Positions 15,431 to 22,990 of a stretch of 47,102 nt of DNA are shown piece after piece (the stretch's first letter is position 1; each line of letters begins with the position of its first letter). The stretch is from a virus. The notes below the pieces were generated by a model. The model worked only from the letters and a program-made list of their open reading frames with translations, was not told the origin of the DNA and ran no database searches. The stretch covers positions 1 through 47,102 of IMG/VR virus record IMGVR_UViG_3300034025_000034; one strand, given 5' to 3'. The position numbers and the translations under genes were made by a program.

Positions 15431-17824
15431 TTAGTACCTCGAAGCTGCTCCCGCCTTTACGTCCAGCAGTGCCTGAAGGCCGTAAGCCGGGTCCTCGCCC
15501 TGGTAGGACTGCAGCCCCCACTGGTAGACGAAGAAGGGATTGCCCTCAGTGTCGCCATACTGCATGTAGAGGTCGCCGTAGTTCACCTTCCAGTAGTTAA
15601 GATGCGCGTACATCATCTTATAGTAGCTGATGCTGGTGCGGAAGGCCAGGATTTCACCAGGACTCAGCGCCGACTTGTCGACGTTCTGGAAGGCAAAGTC
15701 TGCCGCACCCTCGTAGCATATGCATCTGTGCCCGTTGGCCTTTGCCCGAGTAAAGGTACCCGAGAGGTTCTGCAGGATTTGCACGCTGCGCGGAACATAG
15801 ATGGTTTCCAGCGAGGCTGGCAGCTTATTCGGTAGCGCCAGGATTTCAGCCTTCGTGCACTGAATGTACGGAGCAACGGCGATAGCGTGAATGTTGCTCG
15901 GGCCGATCTGCGAGATAGCCATGTCATAGCTGCCCCCGCCCAGCGACGTAGCCATTACAAAAACAATGCGCCCGTTCCAGTTAGGTGCAGTGGCCTTGAT
16001 GCAGTTAGCCATGCGATTGTACTGGAACGCATGCTCTTTGTATCCCTGCTCGACGCCACCGTTGCCGTCACCCAGCTCTGTTTCGCCTGTGCGCGCAGCA
16101 TACCTTGCACGATCCTGCCGGAACACGCTAAAGCCTGCGTTCCAAGTTTCGTTGCTGCGCTCGAAGTACCACTTGAGCCCGAGCGACAAACCATTACTCC
16201 AGGGCTTGCCTTGCGACAGGTTTGCGCCCGTTGTGATGGCAATGGTGAGCTGCTCGACATAGTCGTTTGTCGCATTGGCTGGGATAGGCATCCACATATC
16301 GCGCCCTGTAGCGTTACAGAACTCGATGCAGAACTCGATCGCCATGCCGTCCAGGCCAGGATACACCTTGTCAGGCGTGGTTCGCATAGCCCACGTAAGC
16401 TCGGTGTTGTTGTTGTTAATGAACCTCACATCCATGAAGCGCGCAGCACCATTGTACCCGTTCGCGGGCTGGTGCATGTTAAGGTAGCTGGGCGCCCAGC
16501 TGGAGTTGCGATCCTCACCAAAGGTGTAGAGCTTGATGTTCTTGGGGTAGTTCACGCTGGTAGGATTGAGCACCATCGAAGCGCGCGGCAGGTTGTTGAA
16601 GTCCACAGTGACGTTGCGCGAGAAGCTCTCGTTCCAGCTAATTACGTTGGGGCTCTCAACGGTGAGGTTGGTTAGCCCTGGCACACTAAGCGTTGCCAAG
16701 GTGCCGTCGCCTTCCCAGGTAAGGACGCGCTTTGTCCCCTCCCCGTCGCCGAGGCCGATGTACTTCTTGATGCCGCTGACCGTTGGATAGCCTTGAGCAT
16801 CCAACTCGCCCGCAGTCAGCGCTGAGTTGTCCGACGCATGGAACACTCCATCCTGCGTGACCCTGTAACCATTGGCGATGCGCCTGAACTGTGTGGACGA
16901 GTCCACATTCATCAGATTGGCGCCGAACGCCGGGAGAGCAGCGGGCATATCAAGCGTCACTGGCACGCTATAGCCAGACTCCACGTTGTTGATGATCTCG
17001 TATAGGCGGGCAACGACTTTGGTGCCGAACTGCGCAGAGGTGTACGTGGAAGCGGCTACAGCCCTCAACTTAGTCGGCGTCAGCTGTGTCACGGTGGCAG
17101 GTAGCTTCGCGCTGAGCGGCGTGCCGTCGACCTGAAACAACTGCATGTTGTAGCCAGTGTGGTTCGGGCCTGTGTAGTTGAACTCGACCGCAGGACGGAA
17201 GCTGTTATCCAGCGAGGAGGCAGTCACAGAGATCGCCACTGCATTGCCTTGCGCGCGCAAATTGCTCAGGTTTGAACCTAGCGCCGTGCCGCTGATGTCG
17301 CCGTGCATCGACACGAAAGTGCCTGCTGAGGCAAACTGCGCAGCGAAGCGCGAGTTCATGTCAGACGCACTGTTGCTGATGAGGACTGTGCCGTCACTTA
17401 CGCGCGAGGCAGATAGCGACTTATCGACGCCTATGGTGATGATGCAAGGCGTGCCAGCCGTCGGGGTAAACGCATAAGCGATCGTCCTGCTGGCAGTGGT
17501 TTCTACTCCATCCGTCCAGCGCGCAAGCGATACCTGAGTGCCGCCAAAGCGTATCTTAATAGCGTTGCCGGTCGGCGGCCATAGCTGTGCGCCGTCAGTC
17601 CGCAGCATCAAGATGTCGAACGTGTTGCCGTTTCCTGTAGGCCAGTCGAACAGGAATGATTGAGCGACACTCTCCGTGTCATAGGGGAAGAAGTTCTTGC
17701 CTGAGCGCAAACCGCTGATCTTTGGCACAGGGCCATCAAGAATAGTGATCGCTCCAGGCAACACTACTCCCGCACGCAAACGCGACAGCGCCTGACCGCG
17801 CGCACGAGGACCAACGAAACTCAT
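15431..17824 (-). CDS. Virion-associated polysaccharide depolymerase candidate (797 aa): N-terminal beta-rich region plus a C-terminal clan GH-A-like glycoside hydrolase domain
   Basis: The C-terminal ~340 aa show TIM-barrel glycosidase hallmarks, including LKWYFERSNETWN. The Asn-Glu pair is at codons 16148-16153, as in the acid/base NE motif of clan GH-A. The segment GMAIEFCIEFCNATGRDMWMPIP also fits. The gene is ATGA-coupled to the upstream glycine-rich protein. Confidence 0.55.
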   Translation of the reverse strand: MSFVGPRARGQALSRLRAGVVLPGAITILDGPVPKISGLRSGKNFFPYDTESVAQSFLFDWPTGNGNTFDILMLRTDGAQLWPPTGNAIKIRFGGTQVSLARWTDGVETTASRTIAYAFTPTAGTPCIITIGVDKSLSASRVSDGTVLISNSASDMNSRFAAQFASAGTFVSMHGDISGTALGSNLSNLRAQGNAVAISVTASSLDNSFRPAVEFNYTGPNHTGYNMQLFQVDGTPLSAKLPATVTQLTPTKLRAVAASTYTSAQFGTKVVARLYEIINNVESGYSVPVTLDMPAALPAFGANLMNVDSSTQFRRIANGYRVTQDGVFHASDNSALTAGELDAQGYPTVSGIKKYIGLGDGEGTKRVLTWEGDGTLATLSVPGLTNLTVESPNVISWNESFSRNVTVDFNNLPRASMVLNPTSVNYPKNIKLYTFGEDRNSSWAPSYLNMHQPANGYNGAARFMDVRFINNNNTELTWAMRTTPDKVYPGLDGMAIEFCIEFCNATGRDMWMPIPANATNDYVEQLTIAITTGANLSQGKPWSNGLSLGLKWYFERSNETWNAGFSVFRQDRARYAARTGETELGDGNGGVEQGYKEHAFQYNRMANCIKATAPNWNGRIVFVMATSLGGGSYDMAISQIGPSNIHAIAVAPYIQCTKAEILALPNKLPASLETIYVPRSVQILQNLSGTFTRAKANGHRCICYEGAADFAFQNVDKSALSPGEILAFRTSISYYKMMYAHLNYWKVNYGDLYMQYGDTEGNPFFVYQWGLQSYQGEDPAYGLQALLDVKAGAASRY

Positions 17825-18699
17825 ACGAAATACTCCAAGATGATGCCGCCGTTGCCGGCCGCTGCTCCGGTAGCGTTGATGCCGCCGCCCGAACCGGCAC
17901 CAAAGCCTGTGACCACGCCGCCGGGACTTGTGCCCTGCCGACTACCGCCGCCCGAGCCCGAGCCTGGACCCCGCTTGGTGCCCCCATCCAGCGCATAGAT
18001 GCCGTCCGTGGAGCCAGCACCACCTGAGCCCCCAGCAACATCGCCAGCACCAGAACCGCCGCCACCATTCGAGCCCGCGTTGCCGTTCGCGACTCCTGCT
18101 TGTGAAGCGCCTCCGCCTGTCCCTAAGCGGTTATTACCGCCTGCGCCGGGGTTGGCGACGTTGCCAGCTGAACCGTTTGTGCCGCCGTTTGTACCACCTC
18201 CGCCACCTGCACCCGCACCGCTTGAGGCTCCGCCGCTTCCGCCGTTTCCGTTTGGGCCCGCTGCCGCGCCACCGCCGCAACCTGGTCGACCGATCGCGCT
18301 GGTGAACCCGCCCGCACCGCCGCTGAACACCACGTCGCCCACCGACGATGCAGCTAGCCCCGCAACGCCGCCAACAGTCGTGCTGTTGGTTCCATTCAGC
18401 CCTGCCTTAGCCAGCACTGTCGCCGTGCTATCGAACCAGCTGTCTAGACCTGAACCCTCAGCGCCAATCTGATAAGCGACCGTTTGGCCCGCTGCCGCAA
18501 GAAAGACAGTTTTTTGCGCATAGGCACCACCCCCACCGCCCGCATAGGCGAGGTTAGTTGCCGTGCTGGTGAAGCCCCGTCCCCCAGGCCCATGCACATG
18601 TATCTTGCCTGTGCCCGGCCAGTCTGCGGGCATGACGAAGCTGGTCGCCCCAAGCGGCACCTCCACGAAACGCGTGGTCGGCACCCGAGGCTTGCTCAT
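17821..18699 (-). CDS. Glycine-rich-domain protein (292 aa from ATG 18699), phage fibre/receptor-binding-associated type
   Basis: The N-terminus is MSKPRVPTTRFVEVPLGATSFVMPADWPGTGKIHVHGPGGRG, followed by AYAGGGGGAYAQ and long GGxGG tracts, and it ends GGIILEYFV. The upstream part of the ORF (18700-18957) overlaps the preceding gene and is not protein-like. Confidence 0.6.
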   Translation of the reverse strand: MSKPRVPTTRFVEVPLGATSFVMPADWPGTGKIHVHGPGGRGFTSTATNLAYAGGGGGAYAQKTVFLAAAGQTVAYQIGAEGSGLDSWFDSTATVLAKAGLNGTNSTTVGGVAGLAASSVGDVVFSGGAGGFTSAIGRPGCGGGAAAGPNGNGGSGGASSGAGAGGGGGTNGGTNGSAGNVANPGAGGNNRLGTGGGASQAGVANGNAGSNGGGGSGAGDVAGGSGGAGSTDGIYALDGGTKRGPGSGSGGGSRQGTSPGGVVTGFGAGSGGGINATGAAAGNGGIILEYFV

Positions 18700-18736
18700 C
18701 AGCTGGTTGCGTCGCGCGCCCGCCCGCAACACTGGC

Positions 18737-19390
18737 TTAGTCCCGGAAGACTTCGAGGCGCACGCTGTACGTCGCGCCCGAGGTAACAGTGATGGCACTG
18801 CGTGCTTCGAGCAAGCCGTAAATGAGCTTGCTGCCGGCAACAACCGGATTGGTCGTGGCAGACAGCGTGTGGAAGTTGATCTCGCCGCCCAAGCGGGGAA
18901 CAGCAATGCCGCCGACGCCATCGGAGAACAAGCTGTCGAGCGTGCCCTCGAGCGCACCCATGTAGAGCGCCGTTAGGCCGTTGACCGAGAACGCCCCGCT
19001 GTCCCCATTCGCAACCACCGGCGAGTTACGGAACAGATGCAGCCGCACAGCTGCGTTGATATCCGTCAGAGCTGAGGAGAAAATGCGTGCTCGGCGGATG
19101 CTGCCGGTGCCGCCCTCGACGCGCGCCACCTCGAAGTTCATCGGCACGACGCTGCCAGCAGTTGCCGAGTTGGCAATCAGATCGCCAGCCGCATAGTTGT
19201 TCGTATCTGCTGGCCGCTGATAGGGCGAAGGCAGCTGCGGCACGACTGCGGACAGGCCGACAACCGCAGCAGGCGTTGCGTCTTGCAGCGCCGCCTTGAT
19301 TGCAACCAGTTCATTCTTCTCCGCGAGATAGAGGGCCTGCATTTCTTGCGCTGTGAGCAGGTCTACGCCGGCGACGGGGCTCCAAGTCAT
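18737..19390 (-). CDS. Hypothetical virion-cassette protein (217 aa from ATG 19390)
   Basis: It has an ATGA overlap with the stop of 19387..20196. The composition is beta-rich. I see no recognisable motif. Confidence 0.5.
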   Translation of the reverse strand: MTWSPVAGVDLLTAQEMQALYLAEKNELVAIKAALQDATPAAVVGLSAVVPQLPSPYQRPADTNNYAAGDLIANSATAGSVVPMNFEVARVEGGTGSIRRARIFSSALTDINAAVRLHLFRNSPVVANGDSGAFSVNGLTALYMGALEGTLDSLFSDGVGGIAVPRLGGEINFHTLSATTNPVVAGSKLIYGLLEARSAITVTSGATYSVRLEVFRD

Positions 19391-20196
19391 ATCATTGCAC
19401 TCCAATAAGACCCGAGTTGGGCGAGGGTCGGTCCAGTATCGTCGTTGGTAATCGTACCTGAGGTAACAACAGTGTTCAGTCCGGCTGCTGTGACCGTCAG
19501 CGTGACTCCCTCATCGGGCTCCACAAACGTATCGCCGGACACCAGGGCAATGATGCTCTTGCTGGTTTCGCCTGGGGCAAAGGTGCCGCTGCCCGCAGGC
19601 AACGTGCCGCCAAAGTCTGCAGCATCGGCCGTACCTGTGATGGCCCAGCTATACGCATAGCTTGCTGACGACCCGTTGCGCGTCAGGGTCAGGGTCCAGG
19701 CCAGCGCCGTGGTGCCGCTGTTGCCCTCACCAATGACCTGCGCCTGGGAGATCGACAGCGACGGGGCCACAAGATCATCATTCGTGATCTCGCCGGTTGC
19801 CGCCGCATTGCCCAGCACGCAGATGCCAGGCACGCTGATAGTAACCGTGAAGCCCTCAGTTAGCTCGGCACCGACATCAGGCTGAATCGGGATAATGATG
19901 TTCTTCGAGATCACGTTGATGCCGAAGATGATCGAGCCGCTGGGGAAGACGTTGCCCACGAAGTCCGAGGCGCTAGCTGGGTTCAGCCCTGAGGGCGTAA
20001 CTTGGTAGTCAACCTGGTCCAGGCGGGTCAGCGCCGCAGTCCTGCTAACAGGAAAGTTGATGTTGGTCGTGCCGCTGTCGCCCTCTACCGCACTTTGAGC
20101 TGTGGGCGCTAGGGAGATAACAGGCACCAAGGCGTCCAGGCGTGCATTGAACTCGGCTGCAAGGACGCTTACGGGGCGATTATAGTTGACTGCCAT
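19387..20196 (-). CDS. Protein with two Calx-beta-like domains (269 aa)
   Basis: SD GAGGAG lies upstream. Two units fit the Calx-beta pattern: VEGDSGTTNINFPVSRT...ASDFVGNVFPSGSIIF...ELTEGFTVTIS and IGEGNSGTTALAWTLTLTRNG...GTADAADFGGTLPAGSGTFAPGETSKSIIALVSGDTFVEPDEGVTLTVT. Confidence 0.6.
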   Translation of the reverse strand: MAVNYNRPVSVLAAEFNARLDALVPVISLAPTAQSAVEGDSGTTNINFPVSRTAALTRLDQVDYQVTPSGLNPASASDFVGNVFPSGSIIFGINVISKNIIIPIQPDVGAELTEGFTVTISVPGICVLGNAAATGEITNDDLVAPSLSISQAQVIGEGNSGTTALAWTLTLTRNGSSASYAYSWAITGTADAADFGGTLPAGSGTFAPGETSKSIIALVSGDTFVEPDEGVTLTVTAAGLNTVVTSGTITNDDTGPTLAQLGSYWSAMI

Positions 20197-20207
20197 GCTA
20201 TCGCTCC

Positions 20208-20396
20208 TCAGACGCCCACGGCCGTCAGGCGCATGTCAAGCGCGTCGAACAGCCCGGCAAAGCCTTGCACCTCGGAGGCCAGCACGTTGCTGCTTGCCAG
20301 GGTGTCGTTTACTGTGACGTCAGCTCGCGTCACAGGCAGGCTGACAGGTTGCGAAAACCTGTAGCGCCCGAAACGTAGCTTCAGCCCCAGGTTCAT
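20208..20396 (-). CDS. Hypothetical protein (62 aa)
   Basis: It has an ATGA overlap with the upstream gene and belongs to the co-directional cassette. Confidence 0.4.
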   Translation of the reverse strand: MNLGLKLRFGRYRFSQPVSLPVTRADVTVNDTLASSNVLASEVQGFAGLFDALDMRLTAVGV

Positions 20397-20719
20397 GCGA
20401 GCGGCCCAACCATCAGCTTCCAGTCAACAGCTAAGCTGCGATCGGGCAGCATAAAGTCCAGCTGCTGCCCGGTGCCCAGCACAATGCTCTTGACATCCGC
20501 GCTGCTTGCTGCGGTGGGGTCGTCCAGCGCGTTGATACGCACTGCGCAGGGATCAGCAAAGTTCGTGATCGTGTACAGCGTGCTGCCCTTGGCGAGCAAC
20601 ACCGTGGCCGCCGCTGCGACTCGGTCCACGCGGACAGGAGGCATTTCGACCAGCTGGCCGCGCTGTCCCGGTGCGCGTCCAAGGCCCACAAACTGGGCTA
20701 GCTGAACACTGATTGCCAT
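20393..20719 (-). CDS. Hypothetical protein (108 aa), first gene of the leftward arm
   Basis: SD GGAG lies 7 nt upstream of the ATG at 20719. It follows the candidate leftward promoter. Confidence 0.5.
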   Translation of the reverse strand: MAISVQLAQFVGLGRAPGQRGQLVEMPPVRVDRVAAAATVLLAKGSTLYTITNFADPCAVRINALDDPTAASSADVKSIVLGTGQQLDFMLPDRSLAVDWKLMVGPLA

Positions 20720-20763
20720 GTGCAGGCTCCAAAGTCTTTGCGCCTTCTGGCGCGTGTAGGCTG

Positions 20764-20792
20764 ACCTTAGCCAGTGTATGGCGACTGGGCAA
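20764..20792 (-). promoter_or_regulatory. Candidate leftward promoter
   Basis: The minus strand reads TTGCCC (20792-20787), a 17-nt spacer, then TAAGGT (20769-20764). It lies about 45 nt upstream of the ATG at 20719. Confidence 0.3.
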
Positions 20793-20998
20793 CGGGGCGC
20801 TTGACGCCGTGTGGCACTGCTTTGGCAGCTCCAGGCTGTTGTGCTGTTTGCAGGCTCGGTGGCTGCACGTAGGCTGAAATCTTGTGGGGAAATCCGCGCT
20901 TGTGCCTCCGAGGGGGCACGGCATCGCGCAGGGGAGGAAGGGGGGTAGGAGGCATGGGTGCCCTAGCTGAGCAACACACCATGCGATGTTATAACCTC

Positions 20999-21071
20999 AC
21001 GCATGTTGTGCAGGTGCGAACGCTTACGCATGCTCTAGACGCAAGCAACGCATGCAATCTGAGCACGCATG
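20999..21071. promoter_or_regulatory. Array of four ACGCATG boxes (operator-like) in the divergent control region
   Basis: ACGCATG occurs at 20999-21005, 21026-21032, 21048-21054 and 21065-21071. The outer two read CACGCATGTT. The inner two contain the palindrome GCATGC. An inverted CATGCG lies at 20980-20985. Confidence 0.5.
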
Positions 21072-21073
21072 TT

Positions 21074-21103
21074 TCTGCATTTAGGTATTGCAAGTGGTAC
21101 ACT
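21074..21103 (+). promoter_or_regulatory. Candidate extended -10 promoter for gene 21134..21760
   Basis: TGgTACACT at 21095-21103 gives TG plus a TACACT hexamer. The -35 is weak (tctgca) and overlaps ACGCATG box 4. It lies about 30 nt upstream of the ATG at 21134. Confidence 0.35.
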
Positions 21104-21133
21104 TTGAGCCCACATAGGGGGTGCGGCAAGGGA

Positions 21134-21760
21134 ATGGCCCCGAGTCGCAAAGCAAAGGCAAAGCACATGTTTGAAGTCACCATTTCGCTGCCCGCAACGA
21201 TCACCGTCCCCTTGGGCGATACGGGGAAGTCGACCGAGGTTGCGATCCAGTCGATTGCCCGCAATCCTGACGTGCTTCGCTTCGCACTGCTTAACGGGTT
21301 CATGGGCGCGCTGAACAACATCAGCCGCGGCAAGGACGAAGCCAGCGGCAAGCCGAACAGCGACGACGTCTGGGCCGCAGCCCGCGCTAAGAAGGTCGAC
21401 ACGTGGCTTGCGGGCGAGTGGGCAGCACGCGCATCGGGCGGCGAGCGCCAGAGCAGCATGATCCGTGAAGCCTATGTTGACTTTGTCAAGCGCGAGACCA
21501 AGGCGACGCAGGGGCAAGTGGATGCGAGTATTAAGGCTCTTGTGGTCGAGATGTTCGGCAAGGATGAGAGCGCCACGTTTGCCCGGTTCATGGATGCCTG
21601 GGCGCTAAAGCGTGCGCGCAAGGACGGCGACGACAGCGAGCAGAACATCGCAACGGTCCGCGAAGCCTTCGAGAGTAAGTTCCGTAAGATGGCAGAGGCA
21701 GCAGCCGCAAGTCGTGCCAAGGCCGCAAGCAAGCTCGACCTTAGCGACTTGGATATCTAA
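21134..21760 (+). CDS. Hypothetical protein, a stand-alone transcription unit (208 aa; alternative start at 21167)
   Basis: The ORF is in frame from 20882, but the region upstream of 21134 carries the operator array and promoter. The N-terminus MAPSRKAKAKH is Lys-rich and the C-terminus is Ala-rich and helical. A canonical terminator follows. Confidence 0.6.
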   Translation: MAPSRKAKAKHMFEVTISLPATITVPLGDTGKSTEVAIQSIARNPDVLRFALLNGFMGALNNISRGKDEASGKPNSDDVWAAARAKKVDTWLAGEWAARASGGERQSSMIREAYVDFVKRETKATQGQVDASIKALVVEMFGKDESATFARFMDAWALKRARKDGDDSEQNIATVREAFESKFRKMAEAAAASRAKAASKLDLSDLDI

Positions 21761-21788
21761 CCTGCACGACCCCGTCGGCACCTACCAG

Positions 21789-21819
21789 CCCCCGCCCAGC
21801 AAGCGGGGGTTTTTCTTTG
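21789..21819 (+). terminator. Rho-independent terminator
   Basis: cccccgc (21789-21795), loop ccagcaa, gcggggg (21803-21809), then tttttcttt. Confidence 0.8.
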
Positions 21820-22000
21820 AGTAGAGCAGATGCCAAGGCTGCATGGCCGGGGAACGAGATATGCCATTGGCGCGCTGCAGAAATCTTTGTCAGCTACGGC
21901 TAACAAGGCTTGCACGACTAGCAAGGCAGACACGAATTGGAGGCATACCCATACAGCTGAGCGCACGTATGACAGACTTTGAGCGCCTGACCGATTGCGC

Positions 22001-22035
22001 GTGTGTTACATTCCGTTCGCCGAAATGTGGTACAT
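22001..22035 (+). promoter_or_regulatory. Copy B of the conserved 35-bp quasi-palindrome
   Basis: The sequence is gtgtgttacattccgttcgccgaaatgtggtacat. It lies in the non-coding stretch between the terminator at 21819 and the first early gene. Confidence 0.8.
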
Positions 22036-22104
22036 AGCCAATGCTTCAGGCTGCACGACTATACGTAGGCTCCTCAACGTGTGAGTGGCAATCTGGGTGT
22101 ATTA

Positions 22105-22152
22105 CCTACTCTACTCTTTAAATTTTTTTTTTTTCTGAAGGTAGGGAGTAGG
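22105..22152. other. T12 homopolymer (22123-22134) in an AT-rich patch flanked by an imperfect inverted repeat
   Basis: cctactctactc (22105-22116) and gtagggagtagg (22141-22152) flank tttaaattttttttttttctgaag. This is the only long homopolymer I noticed while reading the window. Confidence 0.6.
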
Positions 22153-22192
22153 GGAATGGAGCATCGGACATAGCACTGGAGCGTCAGTGGGT

Positions 22193-22204
22193 ATGTAACA
22201 CATA
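22193..22204 (-). promoter_or_regulatory. Isolated half-site of the 35-bp element
   Basis: atgtaacacata is identical to the 12 nt at 10379-10390 plus 10391 of copy A. It lies 80 nt upstream of the first early gene. Confidence 0.4.
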
Positions 22205-22283
22205 CGTCCAACTGCACGGGTGGCCCTCCAATTCGTTTATGCCATACTTGCTATCTTACCCATGCAAGCAATAGGAGCGCACC

Positions 22284-22898
22284 ATGTCTTTACCTCCCCA
22301 ACTAACCCTTTACGCTCAGCGCCTGCAACCCTTGCTGCCTGCCTTTCTAGAGGACCTAGCTGCAGACGCCCTCTACACGCCAGTCGGCCATCCTACACGG
22401 CGCAGGGGCAAAGTGCAGCAGCTAGCCGCAATCGTGGGACTCAATGATCCCATCAGCCTCCGCACAGTTAACAGGCTCATAGACATGCTGCTGCCTGAAG
22501 CTGAAGCAGTGCGCGAGGACATGACGTGGAGTCAGCTGCTCGTGCTGCTCAATAGTATGCACAAGGAAACAACCAAAGAGCGCAAGACCAAGGCTAAAGA
22601 GCGGCCGCCCAAGAGCACACCTCGCGGGCCGCGTGGAGCCTATAAGCCTCGCCTTGGCACTCTTATCAAACAGGCGCGTCAGCTGCCGCAAATCGGCACA
22701 GGCGTGCAATACGCACAAGGCCCAGTCAAGCTGCCGCCAATCACAGACGAGCAACCAACAGTTGACTATGCTGCAGGCATGAAGCTCTACGGAGTCAAGA
22801 ACAGCATGACGGCTGAGGAGACGCAAGCCGAGCTTGAGAAGGCGCGGCTTGAGAAAGAGGCTTTGGAAGCGCAAGCCGGAACCAGCATGTTCGGGTAA
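22284..22898 (+). CDS. Early protein with an HTH-like segment and a basic central region (204 aa)
   Basis: SD AGGAG lies upstream. The HTH-like stretch is QQLAAIVGLNDPISLRTVNRLI, followed by the K/R-rich KETTKERKTKAKERPPKSTPRGPRG. Confidence 0.6.
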   Translation: MSLPPQLTLYAQRLQPLLPAFLEDLAADALYTPVGHPTRRRGKVQQLAAIVGLNDPISLRTVNRLIDMLLPEAEAVREDMTWSQLLVLLNSMHKETTKERKTKAKERPPKSTPRGPRGAYKPRLGTLIKQARQLPQIGTGVQYAQGPVKLPPITDEQPTVDYAAGMKLYGVKNSMTAEETQAELEKARLEKEALEAQAGTSMFG

Positions 22899-22912
22899 CG
22901 CTTGCAACACGC

Positions 22913-22948
22913 GCGGCCAGGCATCTACCGCACTTGACTCCTGGCCGC
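22913..22948 (+). terminator. Hairpin after the first early gene (9-bp perfect GC-rich stem, 18-nt loop)
   Basis: gcggccagg (22913-22921) pairs with cctggccgc (22940-22948). There is no U tract. Confidence 0.35.
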
Positions 22949-22961
22949 GAATGTGTATGCT
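22934..22961 (+). promoter_or_regulatory. Candidate sigma70-type promoter
   Basis: TTGACT (22934-22939), a 16-nt spacer, then TATGCT (22956-22961). It lies 30 nt upstream of the ATG at 22991. Confidence 0.4.
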
Positions 22962-22990
22962 GATGAGGCAACGCAACGAAAGACAAAGCA

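Noticed and set aside
15303-15521. N-terminal extensions of ORFs in the track (14649..15521 and 14177..14758, together with 17821..18957 at 18700-18957, and 20882..21133)
   Set aside because: The extensions overlap upstream genes or run through hairpins, promoters and operator repeats. They lack SDs and have non-protein-like composition. Internal starts with SDs or ATGA/GTGA coupling fit better.
17850-18330. Highly repetitive GC-rich DNA (ggc/gcc runs), together with the repetitive stretch at 9600-9900, considered as tandem repeats or a CRISPR-like array
   Set aside because: Both are in-frame low-complexity coding regions: the Gly-rich domain and the Ala/Pro-rich scaffold linker. They have no regular repeat-spacer structure.
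20821-20836. A sigma54-like -24/-12 string, TGGCAC-N5-TGGCA
   Set aside because: The -12 element deviates from consensus (TGGC instead of TTGC). The nearest downstream start on that strand is about 300 nt away. No enhancer-binding-protein gene or sites are evident, so the evidence is too weak to call.
20720-22283. A lysogeny switch (integrase, CI/Cro, attP) expected near the divergent control region
   Set aside because: No integrase or recombinase ORF and no CI-like repressor could be recognised anywhere in the genome. The region is treated as a lytic-phage control region with unknown regulators.
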